64,000 nt of DNA from an uncultured Chloroflexia bacterium. Lineage in GTDB: Bacteria > Chloroflexota > Limnocylindria > Limnocylindrales > CSP1-4. Every line of letters begins with the position of its first letter. Position 1 is the first letter of the stretch. The notes under the pieces were generated by a model. It searched no databases and had not been told where the DNA came from. It saw only the letters and a list, made by a program, of their open reading frames with translations. Position numbers and translations under genes: made by a program. The DNA is taken from the NCBI GenBank assembly GCA_963843335.1, contig CAWJKF010000019.1:15701-79700 (forward strand), in the 5' to 3' direction. Positions 1 through 9,817 of the stretch are shown in pieces.

Positions 1-242
1 CCATCGACCTGTGCCGACGATATGTCGACCAGGTCGTGCTCGTTGACGACGACGTCATCGCCGACGGCATGCGCTTCGCCTTGGGACGCATGAAGCAGCT
101 GCTCGAGCCCGCCGGGGCGGCCGCCCTGGGCGCGCTGCTCGCGGGTGCGGTGCCCATCCGGGATGGCGATGTGGTTTGCGTCATCGCGTCCGGCGGCAAC
201 GTGGACCTGGATCGGCTGCCCATACTGCTCGCGGACCCCTGA
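1..242 (+). CDS. PLP-dependent threonine/serine dehydratase, C-terminal fragment (5' end outside the window)
   Basis: The frame is open from the window edge. The tail ...LLEPAGAAALGALLAG...VCVIASGGNVDLDRL is typical of fold-type II dehydratases. Confidence 0.5.
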   Translation, partial: IDLCRRYVDQVVLVDDDVIADGMRFALGRMKQLLEPAGAAALGALLAGAVPIRDGDVVCVIASGGNVDLDRLPILLADP

Positions 243-250
243 TCGCATGA

Positions 251-683
251 TCAGTCGTAGCCCAGCTCCGTGAGCCGGGCGTCATCGATGCCGGCGTGGT
301 GCGCCAGCTCGTGGACCACGGTGCGCTCGATCTCCCAGGCGAGCTCGTCGGGATCGGGGAAGTCCTCCTCGAGGGGGATCCGGAACAGGGTGATGACGTT
401 GGGGAAGGGGACCTGGTCGGCACCCCAGGTGTTGAGCGGGGTGCCATCGTAGATGCCATACAGCCATCCGTCGGGATCGCCGTCCGCGTCGCGTGCCTGG
501 TCGGGTGTTGGCAGGTCCTCCACGACCACCGCGACGCTGTCCAGCAGGACCGCGAACTCCGGCGGCAGGCCGGTCGAGTGCCGCCTGGACCTGCTCCTCG
601 AACGCACCCGGGACGACGATGGGCGGCTCCACGCGGCGCTCCGGATGACGGCGTGCGAGCGAGCCACGACGGCGGATGGGCAT
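251..683 (-). pseudogene. Small metallopeptidase-family protein (HExxH: VVHELAHH) with one apparent frameshift near 571
   Basis: The N-terminal part (..PGAFEEQVQAALD) lies in frame 282..683. The rest (LPPEFAVLLDSVAVVVED...HELAHHAGIDD) lies in frame 251..667. The real start may be the GTG near 632. Confidence 0.6.
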
Positions 684-1701
684 CGCTGCCTATCCTAGCC
701 CGATGCTCTCCCACGACCAGCCAGGTCCCAGGCCAGGCGATGCGAGCGCCAACGACCGCATCCCCGCTGCGCCGCTCGCCGCCGACCCCGACGCGCAGCC
801 GGAGTCGATGGTGGTCCAGATGGGCTCCGGCGAACGCATCCACTACCTCGACTGGGGTACGCCGCCGATGCCCGGCCCCACCCTGCTGCTCCTCCACGGC
901 ATCGCCTCCACGGGCTGGAGCTGGGCGCCCGTCGCACGACGGCTGCATGGCCAGCTCCGGGTCCTGGCACTGGACATGCGTGGTCACGGCCTCTCCGAGG
1001 GTGCCCGGTCCGGGCTCGACCTGGACTCCCTTGCCTGGGATGCGCTCACGGTCCTCGCCGCCAACGGCGCTGGCGTGGAGGCGGATGGCCCGCCGGCGAT
1101 CATCGCGGGCCACGGGCTGGGCGCGATGGTGGCCGCGACCGCGGCGCGCACTCCAGCCCGCGTCGGTGGCGGGTGTCGCCCTCGTCGATGGGGGCTGGGA
1201 GGACCTCGGCGTATCGACCCGGCTGAGCCCCGAGGAGTTCCTCGCGGGACTGTCGCGAGCCGCCCGAGGTGATGGCATCGATGGATGCCTTCCTCGCCGA
1301 CCGACGTGACTTCGATCCGGCGTCGTGGGACGCGGACCAGGAGCGCGCGGCGCGGGCGCAGGTGGACCAGAAGCATGCCGGTCATGTGGCGCTCATCACG
1401 CGCCAGGCGACGTTCCGGGGACTGGTCGGACTCGATGTTCGGCTATCGACCCGATGGAGACCCTGTCGGCCAGCGCCGCCCCGCTGCTCGTCCTGGTGGC
1501 GGGGGCGGGCACCGCCGATGACGAGACCGCCCGGGAGCGGGAGCTGGCCCTCGACGACGTGCTCGCGGCGCGGCGCGCGGCCGGACTGGCCCGACGCGCG
1601 GGTCGTGCGGCTGCCCGGCACCGGCCACAACCTGATGCGCTATCGGCCCGCCGGAGGTGAGCGCCGAGCTGCTTGCGCTCGGTCGCGGCGCGGCGCGCTA
1701 G
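676..1701 (+). pseudogene. Alpha/beta-fold hydrolase broken by at least 5 frame changes
   Basis: LLLLHGIASTGWSWAPVARRL...LALDMRGHGLSE...IAGHGLGAMVA is followed by pieces in the other two frames (GVALVDGGWEDLG.., MASMDAFLADRRDF.., PLLVLVAG.., RVVRLPGTGHNLM..). Breaks are near 1165, 1258, 1425-1450, 1590 and 1655. Confidence 0.6.
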
Positions 1702-1704
1702 GAT

Positions 1705-1995
1705 GTGAGCGTGCCTGACATCATGATCGTGCTCATCATCGTGCTCGTCGCCGTGGTCTTCATCCGCGGCCCCAAGATGCTGCCGAAGCTGGGCGAGGCG
1801 CTGGGTCGGACCGTCAAGGACACCCGCGCGGAGTTCGAGAAGAAGTCGGACGACGATCCACCGGACCTGCCGCGTAGCTGGCGCCCGGATGTCCCGATGC
1901 GCGGGCTCGAGCGTGAGCGACCTGCCCGACCACGTGCGACGGTCGGTCGATGCCATCGAGCGCGAGGTCGGCGACAGCTACCTCTCCGCGCGTGA
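1705..1995 (+). CDS. tatA: Twin-arginine translocase TatA/E-family subunit (3' end uncertain)
   Basis: The N-terminal TM helix plus amphipathic helix, [41 protein letters not shown], fits TatA. The Arg-rich tail overlapping folE looks out of frame, so a shorter product is possible. Confidence 0.55.
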   Translation: MSVPDIMIVLIIVLVAVVFIRGPKMLPKLGEALGRTVKDTRAEFEKKSDDDPPDLPRSWRPDVPMRGLERERPARPRATVGRCHRARGRRQLPLRA

Positions 1996-2617
1996 CATCG
2001 AGGGGTCGATGCCCTGGCTGCCCGAGGACGCCGACGTCCCCGACGGCGGCGGCCGGGTGGCCGATGCGATCCGGACGGTCATCGCGGGCATCGGCGAGGA
2101 TCCCGACCGGCAAGGCCTGGCGCGAACGCCCGCGCGCGTCGAGCGGATGTACGCGGAGCTGACCGCCGGCTATCACGTCGACCCGGACCGGCTCATCAAT
2201 GGCGCGATCTTCGACGTCGACTACAGCGAGATGGTCGTCGTCCGGGGCATCTCGTTCTCGTCCCTCTGCGAGCACCACCTGCTGCCGTTCTTCGGCACTG
2301 CGGCTGTCGCCTACATCCCGCGTGGCCGGGTCATCGGGCTGTCCAAGATCCCGCGCATCGTCGAGATGTACGCCCGCCGGCTGCAGGTCCAGGAGCGACT
2401 CACCCAGGAGATCGCCGACTTCCTGATGGCCCGCCTCGACCCCAAGGGCGTCGGCGTGGTCATCGAGGCGACCCACCTGTGTGCCACCATGCGCGGCGTG
2501 CGCAAGCCGGGCACGCTCATGACCACGAGCGCCGTGCTGGGCCTCTTCCGATCGAGCGACAAGAGCCGGGCGGAGTTCCTGAGCCACCTCGACCGGCCGT
2601 CGCCGAACCTGCCCTGA
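1889..2617 (+). CDS. folE: GTP cyclohydrolase I (FolE type 1)
   Basis: [16 protein letters not shown]...[12 protein letters not shown]...[19 protein letters not shown]...[12 protein letters not shown]. The start codon is uncertain; a later start is possible. Confidence 0.85.
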   Translation: MSRCAGSSVSDLPDHVRRSVDAIEREVGDSYLSARDIEGSMPWLPEDADVPDGGGRVADAIRTVIAGIGEDPDRQGLARTPARVERMYAELTAGYHVDPDRLINGAIFDVDYSEMVVVRGISFSSLCEHHLLPFFGTAAVAYIPRGRVIGLSKIPRIVEMYARRLQVQERLTQEIADFLMARLDPKGVGVVIEATHLCATMRGVRKPGTLMTTSAVLGLFRSSDKSRAEFLSHLDRPSPNLP

Positions 2618-2637
2618 CCAGGTGCCCTGACGCTCGG

Positions 2638-3321
2638 TCAGGCGGGCATGATGCGCAGGTCGCGGACGCCGCCCGTGATCTCCACCTCGTAGCGGTCCGG
2701 AGCCGTGTCGAGCGTCGGGTGTCTCGAGCCGCAGCGGCACCATGGACCTGGCGCAGTGTGCTGGGCGCCGAACCGCAGCTCGTGGATGCCCCCCTTGATG
2801 GACGCCCGGACCGCACACCCCGCCGGATATAGCAGGGTCACCTTGGCGGGGTTGCCCGCGATGTGGATGCGGCTGGTGCCGTCGGGCACCGGCAGGTCCA
2901 GCTCCAGCTCATCGACACCGCCCCGGATGTCGAACGACCGGAGCCGGAGGCCTCGGAGGTCTCCCGACAGCCCGGAGAGGCCGCCCCTGATATCGATGGT
3001 CCAGGGCACCTCAGGACTGAGGCCGATGCTCGCATGCCGGGCTCGCCAATCGAGCCGGCTGCGATAACGGACCGCGACGCTCCCTTCGCGGTTGGCCCGG
3101 ATGTCCGGGAGCGGGCCCGTGAAGGTCGCCCGGCACAGCTCCCCGGGATGGGCGCCGGTCGTCAGTCGGACGGTCGAACGGGCGAGCTCGGCGACCATCC
3201 GCGCGTCCGCGGCGGGACCCAACGGCGCGGCGCGCAGGGACACACGTGGCGCGCCGGACGCGAACACCAGGCGGCCGGCATCGATGTCGCCCAGGGGTGC
3301 CGTGAACATCTCGTCGACCAT
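2638..3321 (-). CDS. Hypothetical protein with repeated beta-strand-like IRGG/ISGG units (possibly toastrack/DUF4097-like)
   Basis: Good GC3 codon bias. Repeats include DIRGGLSGLSGDL, FDIRGGVDELELDL, IKGGIHELRF and EITGGVRDLRI. It may be the C-terminal domain of the upstream MarR gene if a frameshift near 3345 is an artefact. Confidence 0.45.
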   Translation of the reverse strand: MVDEMFTAPLGDIDAGRLVFASGAPRVSLRAAPLGPAADARMVAELARSTVRLTTGAHPGELCRATFTGPLPDIRANREGSVAVRYRSRLDWRARHASIGLSPEVPWTIDIRGGLSGLSGDLRGLRLRSFDIRGGVDELELDLPVPDGTSRIHIAGNPAKVTLLYPAGCAVRASIKGGIHELRFGAQHTAPGPWCRCGSRHPTLDTAPDRYEVEITGGVRDLRIMPA

Positions 3322-3805
3322 GCCGCCGCGCCTGCGCGCCCGCAGTCGCGCGGTCTCCTGCAGCGAACGCCTCCGATGCCCCCGCGATGAACAGGTCCAG
3401 GCCGGCCCGTTGCCGGGCGTCGAGCCGCGCCCGAATCGCTGCGATGGCGCGTTCGATGGGTCCATACGTCTCCCGGAACTCGTCCTCTCGACCAGGGACG
3501 CCTCGGACGAGCGTCCGGCGGCGATCGGCTGGATCCGCCTCGCGTCGCACGAGGTTCGCTCGCTCCAGGCGATCGAGCACGCCCGTGATGGCGCCACTGG
3601 TGAGACCGCTCAGCTCGGCCAGCCGACTCGCGGTCATGCCCGGCTCGGCGCGGGTCATCGCCAGGCAGCGCAGGTCCGTGACGTTGAGCCCGAGCAGCTC
3701 GGCGGCTGCCTCCTGGAACAGGGCGGCGCGCTCGGTCAGCCGCAGGAACTCGTCTGGGCCGGGAGGTCGGGGGACGGGTTGACAGGCTCGTGATTGGTCG
3801 TTCAT
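3322..3805 (-). CDS. MarR-family transcriptional regulator (3' end ambiguous)
   Basis: Winged-HTH region: LGLNVTDLRCLAMT...MTASRLAELSGLTSGAITGVLDRLERANLVRREADPADRRRTLV. Its own frame stays open to 3011. The frame of the downstream ORF continues the helix (..SLQETARLRA..), so either a fusion or a frameshift is possible. Confidence 0.7.
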
Positions 3806-3811
3806 AGTGCC

Positions 3812-3832
3812 GATATCTTAGCAACTAAGAGA
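3812..3832. promoter_or_regulatory. AT-rich imperfect palindrome ATATCTTAG-CAA-CTAAGAGAT between divergent MarR and ABC genes; candidate MarR operator
   Basis: The inverted repeat CTTAG/CTAAG (3817-3829) extends to 21 bp with one mismatch. It is the only AT-rich patch in a 32-bp divergent intergenic region. Confidence 0.45.
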
Positions 3833-3837
3833 TTACC

Positions 3838-4843
3838 GTGGTGAATAACGCACCGCATGAGGCCATGATGGCAGAAAGGACGACCGCCGTGACCGCGATC
3901 ATCGAGACGACGGGATTGCGCAAGAGCTTCGGCAAGGGAGAGACGGCGGTCGAGGCCGTGCGTGGGGTCGACCTGCGGGTCGAGACCGGCCAGGTCTTCG
4001 GCTTCCTGGGACCGAACGGAGCGGGCAAGACGACGACGTTGCGGATGCTCGTGACGCTGCTCACGCCGACCGCTGGCGAGGCGCGCGTCTGCGGCCTCGA
4101 CCTGCGCACGCAGTCGTCGGAGGTCCGACGGCGCATCGGGTACGTGGCCCAGGGGTTCTCGAGTGCCAAGGGGATGACCGGTCGCGGCGAGCTCGTGATG
4201 CAGGGCCGGATGTACGGCATGAACGCCCGGGACGCCCAGGCGCGTGCGGCCGAGGTGCTCCAGCACCTCGACCTCGTGGAGGCCGCGGACCGGACGACGG
4301 GCACCTACTCCGGAGGGCATGCGCCGGCGGCTGGACGTCGGTCTGGGCATCACCCACCGCCCGTCACTGCTGTTCCTCGACGAGCCCACGACCGGCCTCG
4401 ATCCCCAGGCACGCGCCGGGATGTGGCGCGAGATCGCCTCGCTCCGGGACAGCGGCACGACCGTGTTCCTGACGACGCACTACCTCGACGAGGCGGACGC
4501 GCTGTGCGACCGGCTGGCCATCATCGACCACGGCCGCATCGTCGTGGAGGGGACACCCGATGCCCTCAAGCGCCAGATCGCGGGCGATGTCGTGACCATC
4601 GGCGTCGACGACCGTTCCGATGACGTCCTCCGGCTGGTCGAGATGCAGTCCTTCGTGCGCGAGGCGGGCATCGCCGACGGCAAGGTACGTGCCTATGTCG
4701 ATCAGGGCGAGGCCGCGTTGCCCGCGATCCTCCGGCTCCTCGACGCCCAGGGCCTGGCACCCCAGGCGCTGTCGCTCCACCGACCGTCGCTCGACGACGT
4801 CTTCCTGCGCCAGACGGGCCGTTCGCTGCGCGACGCTGCCTGA
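3838..4843 (+). pseudogene. ABC transporter ATP-binding protein (DrrA/ABC-2 type), one frameshift near 4316
   Basis: Walker A GPNGAGKTTT. The signature YSGG|MRRRLD is split between frames at a GGG run. Walker B LLFLDEPTTGLD. Confidence 0.8.
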
Positions 4844-4889
4844 GCCCGGACACGACCACCACCAGACAGCATCCGAAAGGACCCTCCCA

Positions 4890-5649
4890 ATGCAGCTCAT
4901 CCGCGACACCTGGCTCCAGTTCCAGCGAGCCGCCTGGCTCACCCTCCACAACCCGGTATGGGTCGTGGTCGGGCTCACCCAGCCGATCCTCTATCTCGTC
5001 CTGTTCGCGCCGCTGCTCAAGTCGCTGGCCGGCCCGGGTATGACCGGGTCATCCGCCTTCAACCTGTTCGTGCCCGGGCTCATCATCCAGCTGGGCCTGT
5101 TCGGCGCCGCCTTCGTCGGCTTCGGCCTCATCGACGAGATGCGCGAAGGTGTCATCGAGCGGATGCGCGTCACGCCCACCAGCCGCCTCTCGCTGCTGCT
5201 GGGTCGGGCGCTGCGGGACGTCGCCGATCCTGGCCGCGCAGGCGGTGCTGCTCGTCCTCGTGGCGATCCCCTTCGGTCTCACGGTGAGCATCGAGGGCCT
5301 CGTGGTCGTGCTCGGGCTGCTGACGCTCATGGGCCTGCTCATGGCCTCCATCTCGTATGCCCTGGCGCTCAAGCTCCGGAGCGAGGATGCCCTGGCGCCG
5401 CTGCTCATGACCGTGACCCTGCCGCTGCTGCTGCTCTCGGGCGTGCTGCTGCCGTTGACCCTGGCGCCCGACTGGCTCAAGACGCTCGCATCGGTCAACC
5501 CACTGTCACACGCGGTGGACGCGGCGCGCGCCCTGTTCAACGGCCAGTTCGCGGACCCGAGCGTCATCCCGGGCGTGGTGCTCATGGCCGCGCTCGCCGC
5601 CGTCGGACTCTGGGTCGGCGGGCGTGCCTTCGATCGGATGGTCGCCTAG
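4890..5649 (+). pseudogene. ABC-2 type transporter permease, one frameshift at 5224-5226
   Basis: MQLIRDTWLQFQR...TPTSRLSLLLGRALRDVA | ILAAQAVLLVLVAIPFG...NPLSHAVDAARALF. The frames abut at GCC-G-ATC. Confidence 0.75.
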
Positions 5650-5921
5650 GGATCCTGGCCTCCCGGTGAGCGATCCGACCATCGAGGCTGCGGGAGCGCG
5701 GCACGCCCACGCTCGGAGGGCCACTGCCGATGGCCGAATGCTCACGGGTTGGGCATCCAAGCCACCGAGGAGATGCTTGTTGGTCGGATCGCCCATGGTG
5801 TGAGCATCGTGGCCGCGGCCCACGCAAGCACGAGCACGAGCTCGATGCGGAGCGCCGCGCCGCCCCCGGGGCAGGCGCAGGCGGCCCTGACCGACCGCGG
5901 GGCGCCGCTATCATCGGGGCC

Positions 5922-6329
5922 ATGGCCGAACGTCCCATCAAGGTGCTCATCGCCAAGCCGGGCCTCGACGGCCACGACCGTGGCGCCAAGGTGCTCGCGC
6001 GAGGCTTGCGCGATGAAGGATTCGAGGTCGTCTACACGGGCATCCGCCAGACGCCCGAGATGATCGTGTCGGCGGCCGTGCAGGAGGACGTGGACGTCGT
6101 GGGGCTCTCGATCCTGTCGGGTGCCCACCTCACCCTCCTGCCGCGCATCACCGGGCTGCTGCGTGACCAGGGCATGACCGATGTCCTGGTCACCGCGGGC
6201 GGCATCATCCCCGACGAGGATGTGCCCACGCTCCAGGCCGCCGGCGTGGCCGCGGTCTTCGGCCCGGGCACGAGCATCGCGCAGGTCGCGGACTACCTGC
6301 GCACGAACGTCCGACCGCGCGACAGGTGA
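5922..6329 (+). CDS. Cobalamin-binding domain protein (methylmalonyl-CoA mutase small/C-terminal subunit)
   Basis: [35 protein letters not shown]...[13 protein letters not shown] (DxHxxG B12-binding motif). Confidence 0.8.
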   Translation: MAERPIKVLIAKPGLDGHDRGAKVLARGLRDEGFEVVYTGIRQTPEMIVSAAVQEDVDVVGLSILSGAHLTLLPRITGLLRDQGMTDVLVTAGGIIPDEDVPTLQAAGVAAVFGPGTSIAQVADYLRTNVRPRDR

Positions 6330-7312
6330 CCGATCCTGGCCGGGAGCTGGCCACGGCCGCCCGCGCGGGCGACCGGCGGGCGCTCGGTCGATTGCTGACG
6401 GCGGTCGAGGACCGGACCTCGGCGGCACGCGCTGCTCTCGAGATGCTGTATCCCCTGGCCGGCGCGGCCCATCTGGTGGGCATCACGGGGCCACCCGGGG
6501 CGGGCAAGAGCACGCTCGCGACCGCACTCGTGGCCGCGGCCAGGGAGCAAGGGCGCACGGTGGCGGTCCTCGCGGTGGACCCATCGAGCCCCATCACGGG
6601 CGGCGCGATCCTGGGTGATCGTGTCCGGATGCAGCAGCATGCCGCCGACGACGGGGTCTTCATCCGTTCCATGGCCGCGCGCGGGCATGCCGGTGGGCTC
6701 GCGGTCGCGACCGTCGATGCCGCATCGGTGCTCGACGCCTGTGGCTTCGGCCTGGTCATCATCGAGACCGTCGGCACGGGCCAGGGCGAGGTGGAGATCG
6801 CCTCGCTCGCGGACACGACCGTCGTCGTCCAGGCACCCGAGATGGGCGACGAGGTCCAGGCGCTCAAGGCGGGCCTGCTGGAGGTCGCGGATATCGTCGC
6901 CGTCACCAAGGCGGACCGACCCGGCGCCGATCACGCGGCCGCGGCCCTCCGGGCGATGCTCACGGTCGGCGCCCAGCAGGACCTGGCGATGGGTGATCGG
7001 CCGCATCCCCGACGTCCTGAGGTCCTGCTGGTGTCGGCGCTCACTGGCGTCGGCGTGCCGGAGCTGCTTGCCGCCATCGACCGGCGCGCGCCGCAGCTCG
7101 ACGATCCGGGGAGCTTGACCGCCGCGCGCATCCGCGCCGAGGCACAGGTCCTGGGCCTGGTCATGGATCGCGTCCGGGTCCGGTTGACGGACGGGACCGC
7201 CCGCGCCGACCTCGACGGGCTGGTGGATGCCGTCGCCGGTCACCGCCTGGATCCGGAGACCGCCGCGGACCGACTGCTGGCAGGGCTCCAGGGCGACAGG
7301 CCACATGCCTGA
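6326..7312 (+). CDS. meaB: Methylmalonyl-CoA mutase-associated GTPase MeaB/ArgK
   Basis: P-loop GPPGAGKST...[20 protein letters not shown]...[11 protein letters not shown]...VTKADR. GTG start with a 4-nt overlap onto the upstream gene. Confidence 0.85.
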   Translation: MTDPGRELATAARAGDRRALGRLLTAVEDRTSAARAALEMLYPLAGAAHLVGITGPPGAGKSTLATALVAAAREQGRTVAVLAVDPSSPITGGAILGDRVRMQQHAADDGVFIRSMAARGHAGGLAVATVDAASVLDACGFGLVIIETVGTGQGEVEIASLADTTVVVQAPEMGDEVQALKAGLLEVADIVAVTKADRPGADHAAAALRAMLTVGAQQDLAMGDRPHPRRPEVLLVSALTGVGVPELLAAIDRRAPQLDDPGSLTAARIRAEAQVLGLVMDRVRVRLTDGTARADLDGLVDAVAGHRLDPETAADRLLAGLQGDRPHA

Positions 7313-8213
7313 GCTCACCTTCCGCAGGCTCGGGGCGGGCGACACCTGGACGGCGTACGCCATCTTCCGGCGCTCGCTCGCCGACCTGCTCGTTCGACAG
7401 GGACAGAGCTGGCCATGGGTCGAGCAGGACGAGGCCGAGTGGCTGAAGTGGCGACCCCTGTACGAGCACCTCGAGGCGACCGCGGATGAGGCCTGGGGCG
7501 CCGAGCTCGATGGGCAGCTGGTCGGCTACGCCCGGTCGATCCGGCGTGGTGACACCCGCGAGCTGACCGAGTTCTTCACGCTGCCGGAGGCTCAAGGCCG
7601 AGGTGTCGGACGCGAGCTGCTGTCGCGGGTGTTCCACGCCACCGATGTCCGGCATCGGTCGATCCTGGCGACCTCCGACCCTGCTGCGCTGTCCCGGTAC
7701 CTCCGCCACGGGATGCGCCCGACGACGGTGCTGTATGCCTTCGAGGGTCGGCCGGTGGCCGCGCCCGCGCCGCTCCGTGAGGGATTGGCAGCCCACCCGA
7801 TGGCGGCGATGGCCGCCGCCGAGCGCTTCACCCGGATCGCCTCCATCGACGAGCGCATCCTGGGTGCGCGTCGCGACCCCGACCACGCGTGGCTCGGCAG
7901 CCGTGGCCCGGGCTGGATCCTCATGCGCGGCGACACCCCGGTGGGCTACGCCTACGGCGGCAGCCGGCAGGGCCCCATCGCCACCCTCGACCCCATCGAC
8001 ATGCCCGGCGCCATCAGCCTGGTGGAGCGGGATGCGTTGGCCCGGAGCGACGAGCCGCTCTCGCTCACAGTGCCACTCGCCAACGTCGCAGCCACCGACT
8101 GGCTCCTGGCGCGACGCTACCGGCTGGACCCGTTCACGATGCACCTGCTCGAGGATCACCCTGTGGTCGCCGCCGACCGCTATATCCTGACCAGCCCGCC
8201 GTTCTTCCTGTAG
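7305..8213 (+). CDS. GNAT-family N-acetyltransferase (two-domain)
   Basis: LVGYARSIRRGDTRELTEFFTLPEAQGRGVGRELL acetyl-CoA-binding-type motif. The start overlaps the meaB stop by 8 nt. Confidence 0.55.
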   Translation: MPELTFRRLGAGDTWTAYAIFRRSLADLLVRQGQSWPWVEQDEAEWLKWRPLYEHLEATADEAWGAELDGQLVGYARSIRRGDTRELTEFFTLPEAQGRGVGRELLSRVFHATDVRHRSILATSDPAALSRYLRHGMRPTTVLYAFEGRPVAAPAPLREGLAAHPMAAMAAAERFTRIASIDERILGARRDPDHAWLGSRGPGWILMRGDTPVGYAYGGSRQGPIATLDPIDMPGAISLVERDALARSDEPLSLTVPLANVAATDWLLARRYRLDPFTMHLLEDHPVVAADRYILTSPPFFL

Positions 8214-8215
8214 CG

Positions 8216-9079
8216 GTGGAGCGATGCAGCGTCCTGGTCTGCGGCGCCGGCCAGATGGGCCACGGCATCGCCCAGACCCTGGCGCTCGCCGGACATGGGG
8301 TCCGCCTGTTCGAGCCTGAGCGTGCTCGCGCGGAGGCCGGCCAGGCGCGCATCGCGACCAACCTGGACCGCCTCGTGGCGTCGGGCCGACTGACCCCGGA
8401 GCTGGCGGCCGAGGCTCGGTCACGGATGTCCATCGCGCCGGACCTCGCCGCCGGCGTGGCGGGCATCGACATCGCCATCGAGGCGGTCATCGAGGATGCG
8501 GCGACCAAGCGGATCCTGTTCGCGGAGCTGGACCGGCTGGCGCGGCCAGACGCGGTCCTCGCCTCGAACACGAGCTCGCTCTCGATCGCGGCGCTGGCCG
8601 GGGCCACCCGAGCGGACCGGCGTTCGCGGGTCATCGGGATGCACTTCTTCAATCCGGTCCCGGTGATGCCCCTCGTGGAGATCATCCCGGGCCCGGACAC
8701 CAGCGACGCGACCGTGGGGATGGTCCGGGGGCTCGCGGAGTCGATGGCCAAGACCCCGCTGCTGAGCGCCGACCGACCGGGCTTCATCGTCAACCGGGCA
8801 CTCTTCCCGCTGCTCGCGGAGGCGATGCGGGAGCTGGAGGAGGGGGTGGCGACCGCCGACGACATCGATGCTGCGGCGCGTCTGGGGCTCGGCCATCCGC
8901 TCGGTCCATTGGCACTCGCGGATCGCATCGGCCTCGACGTCTGCCTGGGCATCCTGGAGGTCCTGGCGTCCACCCTCGACGAGCACCGCTTCCGGCCGCC
9001 GGACATCCTCCGGGCGTTGGTCGCGGCCGGCCATCTGGGCCGCAAGACGGGGGAGGGGTTCCACCGCTATCCCGCGTGA
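8216..9079 (+). CDS. hbd: 3-hydroxybutyryl-CoA / 3-hydroxyacyl-CoA dehydrogenase
   Basis: VCGAGQMGHGIAQ Rossmann motif, ...SNTSSLSI...GMHFFNPVPVMPLVEII...PGFIVNR...LGLGHPLGPLALAD. GTG start at 8216. Confidence 0.8.
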   Translation: MERCSVLVCGAGQMGHGIAQTLALAGHGVRLFEPERARAEAGQARIATNLDRLVASGRLTPELAAEARSRMSIAPDLAAGVAGIDIAIEAVIEDAATKRILFAELDRLARPDAVLASNTSSLSIAALAGATRADRRSRVIGMHFFNPVPVMPLVEIIPGPDTSDATVGMVRGLAESMAKTPLLSADRPGFIVNRALFPLLAEAMRELEEGVATADDIDAAARLGLGHPLGPLALADRIGLDVCLGILEVLASTLDEHRFRPPDILRALVAAGHLGRKTGEGFHRYPA

Positions 9080-9115
9080 CCGGCCCCGGGATCGATCGGC
9101 CGAGGTCGCCCGTGC

Positions 9116-9817
9116 CTACGTCGGGACGGGGGCCAGCGCGGTGCGCACCTGGAACCGCTCCGGATTCGGCGCGTCCGGCAGCGCGTCCCGGAGCCAGCCG
9201 GCGACGCGGATGGTGGCGGATGCCGCACCCTCCGGGCGTGGGCTCGGAAACGTGATGGCACCGTATGCGCCCGGACGGATGAGGGCCGCACGATGGAGGC
9301 CGCCGAGGCCCTCGGCATCGGGTGTCACGAACCCGGTCTGGGGCGTCGGCAGCTCCTGCCACGACATCGGCTGCCCCGAGCTGTCGAGGTAGTGGATCGA
9401 CGACGGGCCGGGGTCGAGCTCGAACTCCACCGGGTCGGTGCCGCCTGCGATGGCCAGCAGCGTGATGCTCGCACTGCCGTCCGCCTCGACCGCTGGCAGG
9501 TGCGCGTGGAAGGTGACGATCGCTCGCGGGCTCGCGCGACACACGTCCGCGACCCGCTCGGCGAGGGCGAGCAGGTCGGCGCGAGCCGGATCGGTTGGCG
9601 TTCGCAGGTCGATGGTATGGGGCCCGACACCCGCGGCGGTCAGCCGACCCGACTCGTCGTCGGTGGGTCGGCACATGAAGCTGCCGATGGTGGCGTCCTC
9701 GTGGCGCGGGCCACGGACGACCAGCCAGATGGTGCCATCGTCGAACAGTGCCAGCTCCTCGTCCACGGAGGTCGGCGCCGGTGTCTGCCACCGGAACGAC
9801 GTGAGCCGACGCATCAC
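9116..9817 (-). CDS. Hypothetical protein (233 aa), translationally coupled to the upstream metallopeptidase-like gene
   Basis: Strong GC3 bias and no motif I recognise. ATGA start/stop overlap at 9814-9817. Confidence 0.6.
   Translation of the reverse strand: MMRRLTSFRWQTPAPTSVDEELALFDDGTIWLVVRGPRHEDATIGSFMCRPTDDESGRLTAAGVGPHTIDLRTPTDPARADLLALAERVADVCRASPRAIVTFHAHLPAVEADGSASITLLAIAGGTDPVEFELDPGPSSIHYLDSSGQPMSWQELPTPQTGFVTPDAEGLGGLHRAALIRPGAYGAITFPSPRPEGAASATIRVAGWLRDALPDAPNPERFQVRTALAPVPT

Noticed and set aside
5650-5921. Cobalamin riboswitch upstream of the B12-binding mutase subunit (272-bp non-coding gap).
   Set aside because: I could not find a B12-box-like element or the conserved core helices by eye. 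This is not excluded, and a covariance-model (Rfam cobalamin) scan would decide it.
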